64,000 nucleotides of DNA from an uncultured Acidimicrobiia bacterium (GCA_963786955.1 CAWBAT010000008.1:288001-352000), one strand, 5' to 3'; counted from the stretch's first letter, positions 1 to 11,314 are shown. The notes: generated by a model from the letters alone, not told the origin. Numbers and translations are program-made.

Positions 1-1014
1 ATTGCGAAGTTATCTCTCTGGGCAGATACAAACGCCCCACGCGGCGACCCTCACGACGCTCCGCCCACGCAACACTGGGTTAAAGGCTGGACTATCCCCA
101 AACAGCCGGACCTGGTAATCCAAATGCCCAAGCCAATAATGATTCCGGCGCACGGCGAGATTGAATATACCTATGAAATTGTGCCCACCGGTTTAACTGA
201 AGACAAGTGGGTGCAAATATCGGAACTCCGACCCTCGAGTCGCCAGCATGTGCATCATGCCGTGGTTTACATTCGTCCTCCGGGATCCCGCTGGTTGCGA
301 CGTGTTCCCGTCGGCCTCCCTTTCACGGCCTCGAGTTTGGCTGATGAGCAGGATCGACGCGACGCCCACGGAACGGACAGCGACATGCTCCTGGTGTATG
401 CGCCCGGCAGCTTGCCGGATCACCTGCCCAATGGCATGGCGAAATTTATTCCTCGCGGCTCAGATCTCGTGTTTCAGATGCATTACACCACGAATGGTCG
501 ACGAGATTCGGACCAGACGAGCCTCGGCATCATCTTTGCAAAGGAGCCGCCGAAACAAAGAGTATTGATGTTGCAATTGACGAATTCTCATTTCACAATT
601 CCTCCCGGCGTCGACGATTATCGTGTGGAATCGCGTGGGACGTTACCCAATGATGCCACTCTGCTTAGCTTTCTACCCCACATGCATTTGCGTGGCAAAC
701 GATTCGAATACAACATCATTCATCCGGACGGAAATGTTGAAACGCTGTTGCGAGTCAACTACCACTTTCACTGGCAATTGAGCTACCGGCTCGCCGAACC
801 AAGGTTTCTCAAGGCCGGCACAATACTTCAAGCCGTCGCCTGGTATGACAATTCAAAGAAGAATCCTCATAATCCGGATCCAAAGAGTGCGGTCACCTGG
901 GGCGATCAGACTTACGATGAGATGATGGTTGGGTTTTTCGATGTCGCTGTGCCGGCAGCTCTTGGACAAGTGGCAATACTTTATTCGACCCTCAGTCGGG
1001 CACTAGAAAACTGA
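1..1014 (+). CDS. Copper type II ascorbate-dependent monooxygenase-like protein, C-terminal part (5' end outside window)
   Basis: HVHHA, FQMHYT, PHMHLRGK, YHFHWQ and DEMM motifs; probable indel near the 3' end. Confidence 0.7.
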   Translation: MAKLSLWADTNAPRGDPHDAPPTQHWVKGWTIPKQPDLVIQMPKPIMIPAHGEIEYTYEIVPTGLTEDKWVQISELRPSSRQHVHHAVVYIRPPGSRWLRRVPVGLPFTASSLADEQDRRDAHGTDSDMLLVYAPGSLPDHLPNGMAKFIPRGSDLVFQMHYTTNGRRDSDQTSLGIIFAKEPPKQRVLMLQLTNSHFTIPPGVDDYRVESRGTLPNDATLLSFLPHMHLRGKRFEYNIIHPDGNVETLLRVNYHFHWQLSYRLAEPRFLKAGTILQAVAWYDNSKKNPHNPDPKSAVTWGDQTYDEMMVGFFDVAVPAALGQVAILYSTLSRALEN

Positions 1015-1174
1015 CAGTGCGCCTATAAAGTGAACTTAAGACCAAGTGCCAAATAGGAGGTTGGGAACCCTCGCGGTAGCTGGTTACGCATTGTCGAACT
1101 TGAACTCGACGGAAATGCCATCCGATTCCCACACTTGCTCCAACCCCGCAAGCTGATAGTTTGCCCCATTGTTT

Positions 1175-1613
1175 TCTCACGGAGACACGGAGGCACGGAG
1201 AACGCTTTGTAGGTCTCCATTGATGATTCGAGTAATTCCTTCCTTCATCAAGGCCTCTCCAAAATTCAAAAGGTATCCCAACTTCAAACCGGTCAAACGG
1301 AGGTAGGTTAGCAGTTGCTTTTTATGGGCTGGATTGACCCTCTCCACCGATTTCAGTTCCACGATCACTTTCCCCTCCACCACCAGATCGGCTCGAAATC
1401 CTTCTTCGAACTGATCATCCTCAAATTCGATCGGCACTGCAACTTGGCGTTGGACGGAGAGCCCTCGCTTTTCCAGTTGCCGGGCTAACGTCACTTCGTA
1501 CACCGTTTCCAGCAATCCAGGCCCGAGGGCTTGATGCAGATGGATTGCACAATCAACAATTACAGTCCCGATTTCGTTTTCATTCATCTCCGTGTCTCAG
1601 TGTCTCCGTGAGA
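1175..1613. repeat. 27-bp inverted repeats made of 8-mer units (CACGGAGA) bracketing the GxxExxY gene
   Basis: 1175-1201 tctcacggagacacggaggcacggaga vs 1587-1613 tctccgtgtctcagtgtctccgtgaga; 2 mismatches as an inverted repeat. Confidence 0.9.
1177..1587 (-). CDS. GxxExxY protein (PD-(D/E)xK-like)
   Basis: 136 aa with LGPGLLETVYE, RADLVVE, IVELKSVE, QLLTYL, GYLLNFG. Confidence 0.92.
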   Translation of the reverse strand: MNENEIGTVIVDCAIHLHQALGPGLLETVYEVTLARQLEKRGLSVQRQVAVPIEFEDDQFEEGFRADLVVEGKVIVELKSVERVNPAHKKQLLTYLRLTGLKLGYLLNFGEALMKEGITRIINGDLQSVLRASVSP

Positions 1614-1788
1614 GATATGGCTTTGGCTGAACCAATGATTAACAGGCAATATTGCCTTGATAATACGACAATAATTGGATTTTCGGGCAGTTTTGCCCTT
1701 TACCCATTATCAACCAAATTGTGTGCCTATTCTGGTACAACATGCTATGGCTGTCCTCTACAATTGTCAACGGAACAAACTCCTGGAG

Positions 1789-2931
1789 TTATAGAACTGG
1801 TGGTTCTTCGAACCAATCGGTTCGGTCCAACGAAACTATAGGCTCGTCGTCCTTACCATCCAGCGTATCCCGCCAATGTTGGAGCTGAGCGACTTTAGCG
1901 GGGATGGCCTGTTTGGAGGCACACACACGTTGGAAGGGAGTCTGAGGCGAATCATAGATCCGTTTTAGTTTCGAGCCGACTCGAATCTTGCGTCGCAATT
2001 TCACCGAGGGGAGGAACAAGTTTTGAAACAACCGCAGGGGGTGGGAGTAGAGATCGTTGAGAGCCTCCAAGGCGGTGGGAGAATCATAACGCTGGTAGCC
2101 TAACAGGCGACGCACGTGAGTCCAGTTCTTTTGCTCGATGTGAGCATTGTCATCTTTCTTGTAAGGACGGCCACGAGTGAATTGGATCTCGAGGGCCTGA
2201 CAATAGCGATAGAGATGAGCATTGATAAATTCCGAGCCGTTGTCGGAGTCAATGCCCAGCAGTTTAAACGGTAACGCTTGACGGATGGTTTCCATGGCGC
2301 AACGAACTCCTTCTTGCCCTTTGCCTAGCACGGCACGCGTCTCGACCCAGGTGGTGTGGATGTCGGTGAGGTTCAGCGAATGACAGCAGTCGCCGGAGGC
2401 AGCGCTGCCGGCATGCGAGACCAGATCGACTTCGGTGAAGCCGGGTTGGTGAACGTCCCAGTTGTCGGTCTTGATGGGAATGTGATGCTTTAACAACGTG
2501 CCCGGTTTGGTCCGGCCGTAGATCCTTTTTTTGAGTTGGCGCTTTTTGGGGCGGAGCCGATAATCGATGGTGCGGGGACTGAGGCAGAGCAGTTGCTGTT
2601 CCAGCCGGGGCGTCAAGTGAAAACGCTTCCGAGCCCAGGGCATCCACACCGGCAGCAGCGCCTTTAGACGGACCGACCAGGGATAGCCGGCCGCTTCCCA
2701 GATGGCACTGAGCACCGAGATTACCTGAGGCCCATAGCTCGCACGCCGTTTGCGGCGCCGCGGTGGCGACGGCCTGGGCGGAGGACCGTTGAGCAAGCGA
2801 ATGGCGTATTTGCGATGGTACCCACAATTGAGGCAGAACTCGTCGAGGATTGATTGCTTCGATCTCGACGACGCGGTGGAATATCTGTGATGAATCTTTC
2901 TCAAGTATTCCCATCTTGACTGTCGACTCAT
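1789..2931 (-). mobile_element. DDE integrase-core transposase (ISNCY-like), probably C-terminally truncated
   Basis: ILDEFC..GYHRKYAIRLL, EVDLVSH, IDSDNGSEFIN, RPYKKDDNAHIEQKN motifs. Confidence 0.85.
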
Positions 2932-3198
2932 GATGTAACCCCTTTCAATTAGGGTTTTATTGATAACAATCATGTAGAACTGACATCATATTGAACCCCC
3001 CGTTATATTGTTGGCCTTCTGGCATTGTGTTAAGCTTTCGTGATGTCGGTTAACGGAAAGAAGTTAGCCATCGTGTACTCAATCCAAAAAATTCCGGGAT
3101 CCAATTTTGCCGCGGACTAAGCCCATTGCTGAAACCTGCTCTCGGGTTCAGCAGAACCAGCCTAATTAATAGGCAGTCCCTAAACTCCAAGGAGGTGA

Positions 3199-5478
3199 AT
3201 GATGGGCGCACCCTTATCACGTCGCAACTTCTTGTGTTCCACTGCAGGGGGTATGGGCTTCGCTTGGGGCGGTGTGAATGTTCTGGGCGGCCCAAGCCTT
3301 GTTTCTGTTGGCGCTCAGAACTTGCGAGAAACTCCAGCCGGAAAAGAATTCATATACGGTGCCGCATTTTTCCGCCCACCGAATCCACCTCGAGCCCTAC
3401 GCCGGGAGATGCTGAAAACGATTGCCCAGGAGCACAAATTCAACATCATCCGCATTTATTTAGCCTGGGTCTATTGCAACCCTCAACCCGACAAGTTCAA
3501 CTTTGAAGAATTGAATGAAGTCATGAGTTATTGTGACGAATTCGGATTGAAAGTGCTCATGGGCGTCATTACCGAAGAAGCTCCCTATTGGCTGGAGCAA
3601 GCGCATCCGGAAGCCCGCTATGTGGATGCTAAAGGGAATGCTCAGCGGCTCGGGGACAGCAGTAATAATGTGAGCGGAGGATGGCCAGGAATGTGTCTGG
3701 ATTGGGAACCGGTACGCCAGGCGGCTGGCCGCTTCATCCGCGAAATGGCCAAAGTGGTGAGTCAACACCCCTCCATGTATGCCTACGATTGCTGGAACGA
3801 ACCGCACATTGAACCGGCCTGGGCACGGAATATTTGGGCTACTCCGCAAGAGAGGCTCTATTGTTACTGTGATCGAACCATTGCGGAGTTTCAACATTGG
3901 CTCGAACAGCACTACGGCACCCTCGATCAGTTGAACGAAGCCTGGGTGCGCCAATACCCGAATTGGAAGGCGATTGATCCGCCACGATTCATGTCCACTT
4001 ATTTAGACTGGCTGGATTGGCGGCGTTTCATCATTGAGCGCAGCACCGATGAAATGCGATTCCGTGCAGGTAATGTGAGAGCGGTGGATTCCAAGCATAT
4101 AGTTGAAGGCCACGCCGGCAGGAAGCATCCGCTCGACCCGGTCACCGAAGATGGCGTAAACGACTGGCGATTGGCGGAGTTGGTCGATGTCTGGGGCTTT
4201 TCTCATTTTCCTCGATGGGAAAGCTTGCCCGTCTTCTATGGGGCGGCCGTCATGGATCTGGCGCGATCCTGTTCCGGAAAAAAAGAATTCTGGATGACCG
4301 AATTACAGGGCGGTCATGGAAGCAACGGACTGTGGCGTAGTCCGCAGATGAGGGCTCAAGACATACGGCTCTGGAACTGGTTGGCGGTAGCGGCAGGCGC
4401 TAAAGGGATCATCTATTGGGCTTATCACGCTGAAGCTACGGGATCGGAAGCCACCGGATTTGGCCTGGTGGCTCGAGATGGTTCGGCAACCGAGCGGGTG
4501 CTTGAAGCGGCTGAAAATCACCGGCTCATTCAGATGTATTGGGATGTGATCCAAAGCCACCGACCCAAACCGGAGGTTGCCATTCTTGCGGATGAAGACA
4601 ACTTCATTTTGACGTATGCAATGAGTGGAACCGAAGTTCCCGCAACGGAGTCAATCCGCGGCTACTACAAGGCAATGTGGAGTAGTGATTTGTGGGTTGA
4701 TTTTATTGAGCCGAGAAGCCTGGGCAAAGCCAATTACAAAGTTCTCATTGTCCCTTGGCATCTGGTCGGAAAGAAGGAGACCTGTGAGGCTCTGGTTCGT
4801 TTTGTCGAAGCGGGCGGAACGCTCATTCTCGAGACAGCTTTTGGTATGTTTGATGAGCGCTGTTTTTACAACCCCGTCATCCCTCCATACGGGCTGGCGG
4901 AGTCTTTTGGCTACCGCGAAAAGGAAAGCTACTACGTGAATAATGGCGCCGTGACAAACCCTCTCTCTGTCCCTAAAAACCTTCCGCCATCGGACAAGGT
5001 ATACTATGAACCAGAAATCCAATTCTTGCATCCCATCACGACGAAAGTTAAGGCCCACACCTTCTTGACTCCCATTGTATTGAAGACAGCAACGCCAATG
5101 GGCAATTATGATGGGAAGACGGTGGCTGCCACAAAAAAAATAGGGAAGGGGGAGGTCTATTATTTCGGGACAAACCTGGGAGCCAGCATCGCAGGCGGTG
5201 ACAATAGAGGTATTGATTTATTGCAAGCCATCCTCGCACGGGTCGTTTCTCCGCCGGTTCGCGGCAACACGCTTCGACCCAGGCTCATTGAGGGCACTGG
5301 GCGCAGTCTGCTCGTCGTTGTCAACGACGCGGTAGAGGATCAAACCGGGACAATCCAACTTCCTTCGCAGTACCATCGGGCCAAAGACATTCATACCCAA
5401 CGTCCCGTTCAGATCGACCAACATGCCATCCGGCTCACTTTGCCCTATCAAAGCATTTCGATCTTACTGCTCGAGTAA
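3199..5478 (+). CDS. GH42-like beta-galactosidase with Tat signal
   Basis: SRRNFL twin-arginine signal; WNEP..CYC, MTELQGG; trimerisation-like C-terminal domain. Confidence 0.85.
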   Translation: MMGAPLSRRNFLCSTAGGMGFAWGGVNVLGGPSLVSVGAQNLRETPAGKEFIYGAAFFRPPNPPRALRREMLKTIAQEHKFNIIRIYLAWVYCNPQPDKFNFEELNEVMSYCDEFGLKVLMGVITEEAPYWLEQAHPEARYVDAKGNAQRLGDSSNNVSGGWPGMCLDWEPVRQAAGRFIREMAKVVSQHPSMYAYDCWNEPHIEPAWARNIWATPQERLYCYCDRTIAEFQHWLEQHYGTLDQLNEAWVRQYPNWKAIDPPRFMSTYLDWLDWRRFIIERSTDEMRFRAGNVRAVDSKHIVEGHAGRKHPLDPVTEDGVNDWRLAELVDVWGFSHFPRWESLPVFYGAAVMDLARSCSGKKEFWMTELQGGHGSNGLWRSPQMRAQDIRLWNWLAVAAGAKGIIYWAYHAEATGSEATGFGLVARDGSATERVLEAAENHRLIQMYWDVIQSHRPKPEVAILADEDNFILTYAMSGTEVPATESIRGYYKAMWSSDLWVDFIEPRSLGKANYKVLIVPWHLVGKKETCEALVRFVEAGGTLILETAFGMFDERCFYNPVIPPYGLAESFGYREKESYYVNNGAVTNPLSVPKNLPPSDKVYYEPEIQFLHPITTKVKAHTFLTPIVLKTATPMGNYDGKTVAATKKIGKGEVYYFGTNLGASIAGGDNRGIDLLQAILARVVSPPVRGNTLRPRLIEGTGRSLLVVVNDAVEDQTGTIQLPSQYHRAKDIHTQRPVQIDQHAIRLTLPYQSISILLLE

Positions 5479-5569
5479 TGGGGAATGAGATACGACTGAG
5501 TCTGACTTGTGGTGCAGGCGTCCCGCCTGCATCTTTTTTGAATAAGCAGGTATTGATTGGGAGGATTTC

Positions 5570-6340
5570 ATGTCTCGACGTGCCCTTTGGTTGGTGTTAT
5601 TTCTACTCTGCTTCGTCCACTTGGCTGCATTCGCCGGGGATTCTAAGCCCAGTCCGAAGCTCAAGGCTCTGCTCGTTACGGGCGGTGGATATCATGATTA
5701 CAAGAGCCTTGTGCCTCTGGTCACTGAAAAAATCAGTGAATTCGCGAATGTCGGGTGGGAAATTCAATGGGGGCCGGATGTCCTTGCCGACCCCAAGTTT
5801 GGACAGAATGCCGATGTAGTCGTCTATGACATGTGCTTTGACGAGACCATTCATCCTTCCATAGATAATGTTCTGAAGTTAACCTACGAAGGGAAGCCCA
5901 CCGTCGTCATTCATTGCGCCGTGCACAGCTTCAAGGAATCCGATGAGTGGCGCAGACTGGTCGGTGAAGTCTCTCGTGTTCACGACAAGTATCAAGCCTT
6001 TGCGGCGCAGAAGGTAGATCCCAATCATCCCGTACTGAAAAGTTTTCCTGACAATTGGCAAACGGCGGGAGATGAGCTATACCAGACCATTCAAATGGGC
6101 CCCGATTCACATAGTTTGCTCAAGGTAATCAGTCCCGCAACCGGAGCGGAGCACATCGTGTGCTGGACGAACCAATACGGGAAAGGAGTCGTTTTTGGGA
6201 CCACGCTAGGTCATAACATGACAACCGCGCAGCAGGCGGATTATCAGCGGCTTGTAGCCTATGGACTCCTTTGGGCATGTGGCAAGCTTAACGATCAGGG
6301 GAAACCATTACCAGGGTATGAGGGCGGTACAAATCACTGA
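5570..6340 (+). CDS. ThuA domain-containing secreted protein
   Basis: Signal peptide; LLVTGGGYHD, IHCAVHSF, DELY, GTTLGH. Confidence 0.85.
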   Translation: MSRRALWLVLFLLCFVHLAAFAGDSKPSPKLKALLVTGGGYHDYKSLVPLVTEKISEFANVGWEIQWGPDVLADPKFGQNADVVVYDMCFDETIHPSIDNVLKLTYEGKPTVVIHCAVHSFKESDEWRRLVGEVSRVHDKYQAFAAQKVDPNHPVLKSFPDNWQTAGDELYQTIQMGPDSHSLLKVISPATGAEHIVCWTNQYGKGVVFGTTLGHNMTTAQQADYQRLVAYGLLWACGKLNDQGKPLPGYEGGTNH

Positions 6341-6485
6341 GAAGATGACGATGGTAGGGTTTGAGATGAATCGGAAAAAGAAGGTCCAACGCAACTGAGT
6401 TGGGGTAAACTACCGCTTCCTTCTGTGCCCATTCCGGGCCAAACAGAGCTCGTCTAAATTTTACTATGTGACTGGAGAATGCTTC

Positions 6486-7332
6486 ATGCGTTTTGGCATC
6501 AACACATTTCTTTTTACTTCGCCGTTTACCAATGAAAGCACGAAGTACTTTAAAAATTTCAAAGCTTGGGGTTTTGAGTCGGTCGAGATTCCTCTCGAAC
6601 ATGAATCACACATCATTCCTTCGTATATTAAATCAGAGCTCAATCGACACGGTTTGGCATGCGGGGCTATGGGATGCGCCGTTGGCCCTGGGCGAGATCT
6701 TCGGGGCACGGTGGAGGAGCAACAAGCCTGTCTGGAATACATTCACAACATGATCGACATCGCCGTTAAACTCGACTGCCCAACCTTGGTCGGCCCGATC
6801 TATTCTTCAGTGGGCAGGGCGGAATTTGTCCCTGAGAAAGAGCGAAAGGCTCAGTGGAAGCTGGTGGTGGGGCATCTGAAGAAGATTTGCCGTTATGCGG
6901 AAAAAAAAGGAAAGAAAATGGCGCTGGAGCCTCTCAATCGCTTTGAAACTGACTTCATCAACACCTGCGATCAGGGACTTCAGATGGTAAAAGATGTGGG
7001 AAGCCCGGCTCTAGGCCTGCTTTTGGATACCTTCCATATGAATATCGAGGAGAAGAATACGGCGCGGGCCCTTCTTCGGGCAGGCAAGTCGCTCGTGCAT
7101 TTTCATGCCTGCGGCTGTGATCGGGGAACACCCGGCAGCGACCATATTGACTGGAAAAGCATCTGCAGCGGCCCTCAAGAAAATTGGCTATCAACGGGAC
7201 GTCGTCATCGAGTCCTTCACCCCCGATGTCAAAATCATCGCCAGAGCGGCTGCAATCTGGCGAACCATTGAGCCCAAAAAGAACGACATTGCCATCAAAG
7301 GGGTTCGGTTTCTCAAGAACGCCTTGAAATAA
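6486..7332 (+). CDS. Sugar phosphate isomerase/epimerase (D-tagatose/D-psicose 3-epimerase-like), one indel
   Basis: EPLNRFE, LDTFHMNIEE, DRGTPG; C-terminus (VVIESF) continues in ORF 7105-7332. Confidence 0.85.
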
Positions 7333-7385
7333 AGCTTTTCCAAAGTGCAGACGAGTGCTCAGTTGCATCATTCAATGGAATTGTT

Positions 7386-7440
7386 GTAGCCGGGGTCGCT
7401 GACCCCGGTCCATCTAGCCGGGACCAACGGTCCTGGCTAC
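7386..7440. repeat. REP doublet (GTAGCCGGGGTC family)
   Basis: GTAG-hairpin followed by an inverted hairpin ending CTAC; homologous to 8806-8858 and 40007-40059. Confidence 0.75.
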
Positions 7441-7512
7441 AGTTGGTTGTAGCCGGGCCCAATGGGGTCAGCGACAACACCGACTTCTGCGACTTAGCGT
7501 GAGGAGGTTTTC

Positions 7513-8748
7513 TTGAGCGGTCAGAGAGAAATTCAAATGTCTGAGCCCCCGCCTCAAATCAATCGGAATCGTCTGTATGTTGCAAGCTGTGTTTCCATGG
7601 TGACTCTGGCTTTGACGTTCACTGTTCGTGGGGACATTTTGGAAGATCTCAGCCGTCAGTTCCAGCTCAATAAAGAACAGTTAGGCTTGATTTCAGGAGC
7701 CGCGTTTTGGGGATTTGTGCTGGCGATTTTTACAGGTGGTCAGCTCTGTGATGTGTTGGGGATGGGGAGACTGATGTCATTAGCGTTTGTGGGCCATATG
7801 ATTGGAACTCTCACGATCATCCTGGCGGGAGGGTTCTGGCCACTCTGGGTAGGAACGCTGATTCTAGGTCTTGCCAACGGGTTCGTGGAAGGTGCCATCA
7901 ATCCTCTGATTTCAAGTGCGTATCCGGAGCACAAAACTGAGAAGCTCAACGCTTTGCATGCCTGGTTCCCGGGCGGCATTCTGCTCGGGGGCGTCGTGGT
8001 CTACGGACTAACGGCAATGGACGTTAGCTGGCAGGCGAAAATGGTGCTGATCCTCATCCCAACCTTAATCTACGGGCTTATGTTACGGGGCCAGCGTTTC
8101 CCGCTCACAGAGAGAGTTCAACATGGGATCCCAGTCCGGGAAATGTATAAACAGGCCCTTCGCCCTCAGTTTCTGGTTTGGGTATTTTGTATGTTCTTGA
8201 CGGCTTCCACTGAGTTGGGGCCGAACCAATGGATACCCAATATTTTGACAACTACTGCTCATCTGCCCGGAATACTGGTATTAGCTTGGATCAATGGAAT
8301 CATGACTGCAGGTCGCCTGTTTGCTGGCTCAGTTGTGAAACGGTTGTCACCCATCGCACTCTTGATTGCAGCAGCCTGCTTATCCGCCATAGGTCTGCTT
8401 GGGCTAAGCGTCTCCAGATCGCCTGCGCCTACCTTTATCACGGCGACTGTCTTTGCCATTGGTATCTGTTATTTCTGGCCGACGATGCTTGGAGTGACCT
8501 CGGAACGATTCCCGGCAGGCGGTGCTCTATTACTGGCAATTATTGGAGGCGCTGGAAATCTTTCGGTAGCGGTTGTCCTGCCAATCATGGGCCGGATTTA
8601 TGATGCGCAGGGACCGGAGGTTGTGCTCAGAGACGTCGTACTACTGCCCCTCATTCTGATTGCTGTTTTCAGCGCAATTTGGTTGCACGACCGGTCTCTA
8701 GGCGGTTACCGGATCATGAAACTTTCACCAAAAATTTCCGAAGAGTAA
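7513..8748 (+). CDS. MFS transporter
   Basis: About 12 hydrophobic segments; GAGGAGG RBS; motif-A-like GQLCDVLGMG. Confidence 0.88.
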   Translation: MSGQREIQMSEPPPQINRNRLYVASCVSMVTLALTFTVRGDILEDLSRQFQLNKEQLGLISGAAFWGFVLAIFTGGQLCDVLGMGRLMSLAFVGHMIGTLTIILAGGFWPLWVGTLILGLANGFVEGAINPLISSAYPEHKTEKLNALHAWFPGGILLGGVVVYGLTAMDVSWQAKMVLILIPTLIYGLMLRGQRFPLTERVQHGIPVREMYKQALRPQFLVWVFCMFLTASTELGPNQWIPNILTTTAHLPGILVLAWINGIMTAGRLFAGSVVKRLSPIALLIAAACLSAIGLLGLSVSRSPAPTFITATVFAIGICYFWPTMLGVTSERFPAGGALLLAIIGGAGNLSVAVVLPIMGRIYDAQGPEVVLRDVVLLPLILIAVFSAIWLHDRSLGGYRIMKLSPKISEE

Positions 8749-8805
8749 ATCCACCTCGTCATCTGCTAGCCTTGTGCTAAGTTGCACAAATTCACGATAA
8801 CTGTT

Positions 8806-8858
8806 GTAACCGGGGTCGTGGACCCCGGCCCAGGGCCGGCCTCACCGAGGCCGGCTAC
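8806..8858. repeat. REP doublet (GTAGCCGGGGTC family)
   Basis: gtaaccggggtcgtggaccccgg...gccggcctcaccgaggccggctac. Confidence 0.75.
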
Positions 8859-9023
8859 AGCAGCAACGCCGACGGCGCGAGACAAACGATTTCCATGGAT
8901 AGAGCTTTCACGAATTGCAAAGCAAGAACCGGAGTGCATCTGAGAATCAGACGGTTTAGAGTGGCGGCTGATTTGAGATTCTTGGATTGCATTTTTTGGA
9001 GTTAGACTGTGGGAGGATTGGTT

Positions 9024-10130
9024 ATGAGAACTGGATGGATTGGTCACCGTGACACCGCGTTGGACCTTATGGATTCTTTATTCACAACCGACGAGGCGAG
9101 ATGGGAGGCGGTTCGCCGACACGACCCGTCAGCCGACGGACATTTTTTTTATGCCGTGAGTACCACGGGCGTCTATTGCCGCCCATCGTGTGCATCCCGT
9201 CCGGCCCGGCGGGAGAACGTGAGCTTTCACCAGACTGCCGCTGCGGCAGAACGCGCCGGATTTCGGCCCTGCAAACGGTGTCAGCCTACCCAGCCATCTC
9301 GCGCCGAGCGTGAGGCGGTGCTGGTTACGGCTGCCTGCCGGACAATTGAATCGGCGGAAGAAATGCCCAACGCTTTCCGAATTGGCTGACCCAGGCCGGT
9401 GTCAGCCTCTATCATTTTCATCGCTTGTTTAAGCGGATCGTGGGGGTCACACCGAGGGCCTATGCCGCTGCTCACCGCCATAGCCGGGTGCAAGATCAGC
9501 TCCGTTCCGGCTTAGGAGTTACGGAGTCAATCTATGCAGCGGGCTTTAATGCGTCCTCTCGCTTTTACGAAGTGGCGCCAGAAATACTTGGCATGAAGCC
9601 GTCCGCTTATCGAAAGGGCGGCCAAGGTGAGGAGTTATGGCATGCAATTGATCACTGCTCACTGGGTTGTGTCCTGGTTGCAGCCACAGAGCGCGGGGTG
9701 TGTGCCATTCTGCTGGGAGACGATCCGGCCACTCTTCTTACTGATCTCAAGACTCGTTTCCCAAAGGGGAGACTTATCAAACCCAAAGCCGGGTTCTCCG
9801 ACTGGGTAGAAGAAGTGGTCCGGTTTGTCGATAATCCTGCCCGGGTAGAGGGGCTTCGGTTGCCTCTCGATATTCAAGGCACGGCCTTCCAGCACCGGGT
9901 GTGGGAAGTATTACGCGAGATTCCTGCCGGCAAGACGGTGAGCTATGCAGCAATCGCCAATCGTTTGGGTAAGCCCGAGCGCCGTGCGCGCTGTGGCCGG
10001 CGCCTGCGCCGCCAATACTCTGGCGGTCGCCATCCCCTGCCATCGGGTCGTGGCCTCGAACGGAAAGTTGTCCGGTTACCGCTGGGGCGTCGAACGTAAG
10101 CAGCGTCTCTTGGAACGCGAGCGAGAATGA
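9024..10130 (+). CDS. ada: Bifunctional transcriptional activator/O6-methylguanine-DNA methyltransferase Ada (2 indels)
   Basis: Zn site TGVYCRPSC..RPCKRC, AraC HTH and AIPCHRV active site across three ORFs. Confidence 0.9.
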
Positions 10131-10191
10131 AGCGGGAAAATCGAGACCCAAGCCAACAGATGGAGCGGGTGCGTAGGACCTCTAAAAAAGA

Positions 10192-10273
10192 CTCATTTGT
10201 CATTGTTGACTGTTCATTTCCTTTCCATTGAGAAGCTTAAATGAAAAATGGTAATTGACCACTGGCAAATAGG
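10192..10273. repeat. Gene-less inverted heptamer arrays
   Basis: tcatttg-tcattgt-..-tcatttc then aaatgaa-aaatggt-aattgac-cactggc-aaatagg. Confidence 0.6.
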
Positions 10274-10647
10274 ATCGGTACGAAGAAAACATCCCCCGGC
10301 GCCATACTGTATCCCCCCTTCCAAGGGGGACTTTTTCAATTGGAGGAGTGCAGGAGTGGGTCGTCAAAACTGGGTTGGCACTCTATCTAACAAAAGCCCA
10401 CGATGAATGGAGCAAGCACATTCATCGTGGCTACCAATACGCCTGCGACGCCGCGTCAGGAGGAGCGTGCGCGTGAGACCGCTGTCCCCCCGTGCACGCT
10501 TATTGAACGGGGGAGGAGCGATGCGTTTCACCATTGATTTCCGGCCTCGTCGAACTCGGCCCTTATAGGTACTCCAACTCAATGGTGTGGTGTTCTTGAA
10601 CCGGATCGATTATCCTATTCGAAAACTAAACAAAAAGGGGAGAGGTC

Positions 10648-11314
10648 ATGACAGAAACGTTGGCACGAATTTCCAGGACTTGGGAACTCATCCGGATCCC
10701 CGCCATGATCACGCTCGTGGTTACTGTTCTGCGGCTATTAGGCGAATTGCTGCATTGGTCGCCTTTTTGGTTCAACTCGCAGCCAGGTGGCGGAGCCGCA
10801 TTGATCGGCATTGTCTGGCTTGCACCGATCTTCGGCATCTATTTTGCATTGAAACTGAAAGGTATGGGAGAGACTCCCAAAGATGGCCGTGCAATCGGGT
10901 TCGCTTTCATTGGACTGCTGGTCATCGTGGGTGGAATGATTCTTGCTAATGCGATCTTCCACGCGGGACCTGCTTTTTATTATCACCGCCAATCTCATTG
11001 CTGCAGTGGGAGGTCTTATCCAGCTTTATGGCTGGCCAAGCCTCTCAAGAATACTTTTGGCCTATGGTTTCGCTGCACGTATACCGGTCGTCATCGTCAT
11101 GTTCTTTGCAATAAAAGGAAACTGGGGTACCCATTACGATGGCCCACCTCCGGGATTTCCGGAGATGGGGTGGTTCCCCAAATTTCTGATCATCGGGGTC
11201 CTCCCCCAGCTTCTCTTCTGGGTCACCTTTACAATGATTACCGGCGCGCTGGCTGGGGCGATCGCTGTTGCGATCGCGAGGAAACGAAATCCCGCCCTTC
11301 AGCCTGCTTCTTGA
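10648..11314 (+). CDS. Hypothetical membrane protein (one indel)
   Basis: Hydrophobic helices in ORF 10648 continue in ORF 10943-11314; GGAGAGG RBS. Confidence 0.6.
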
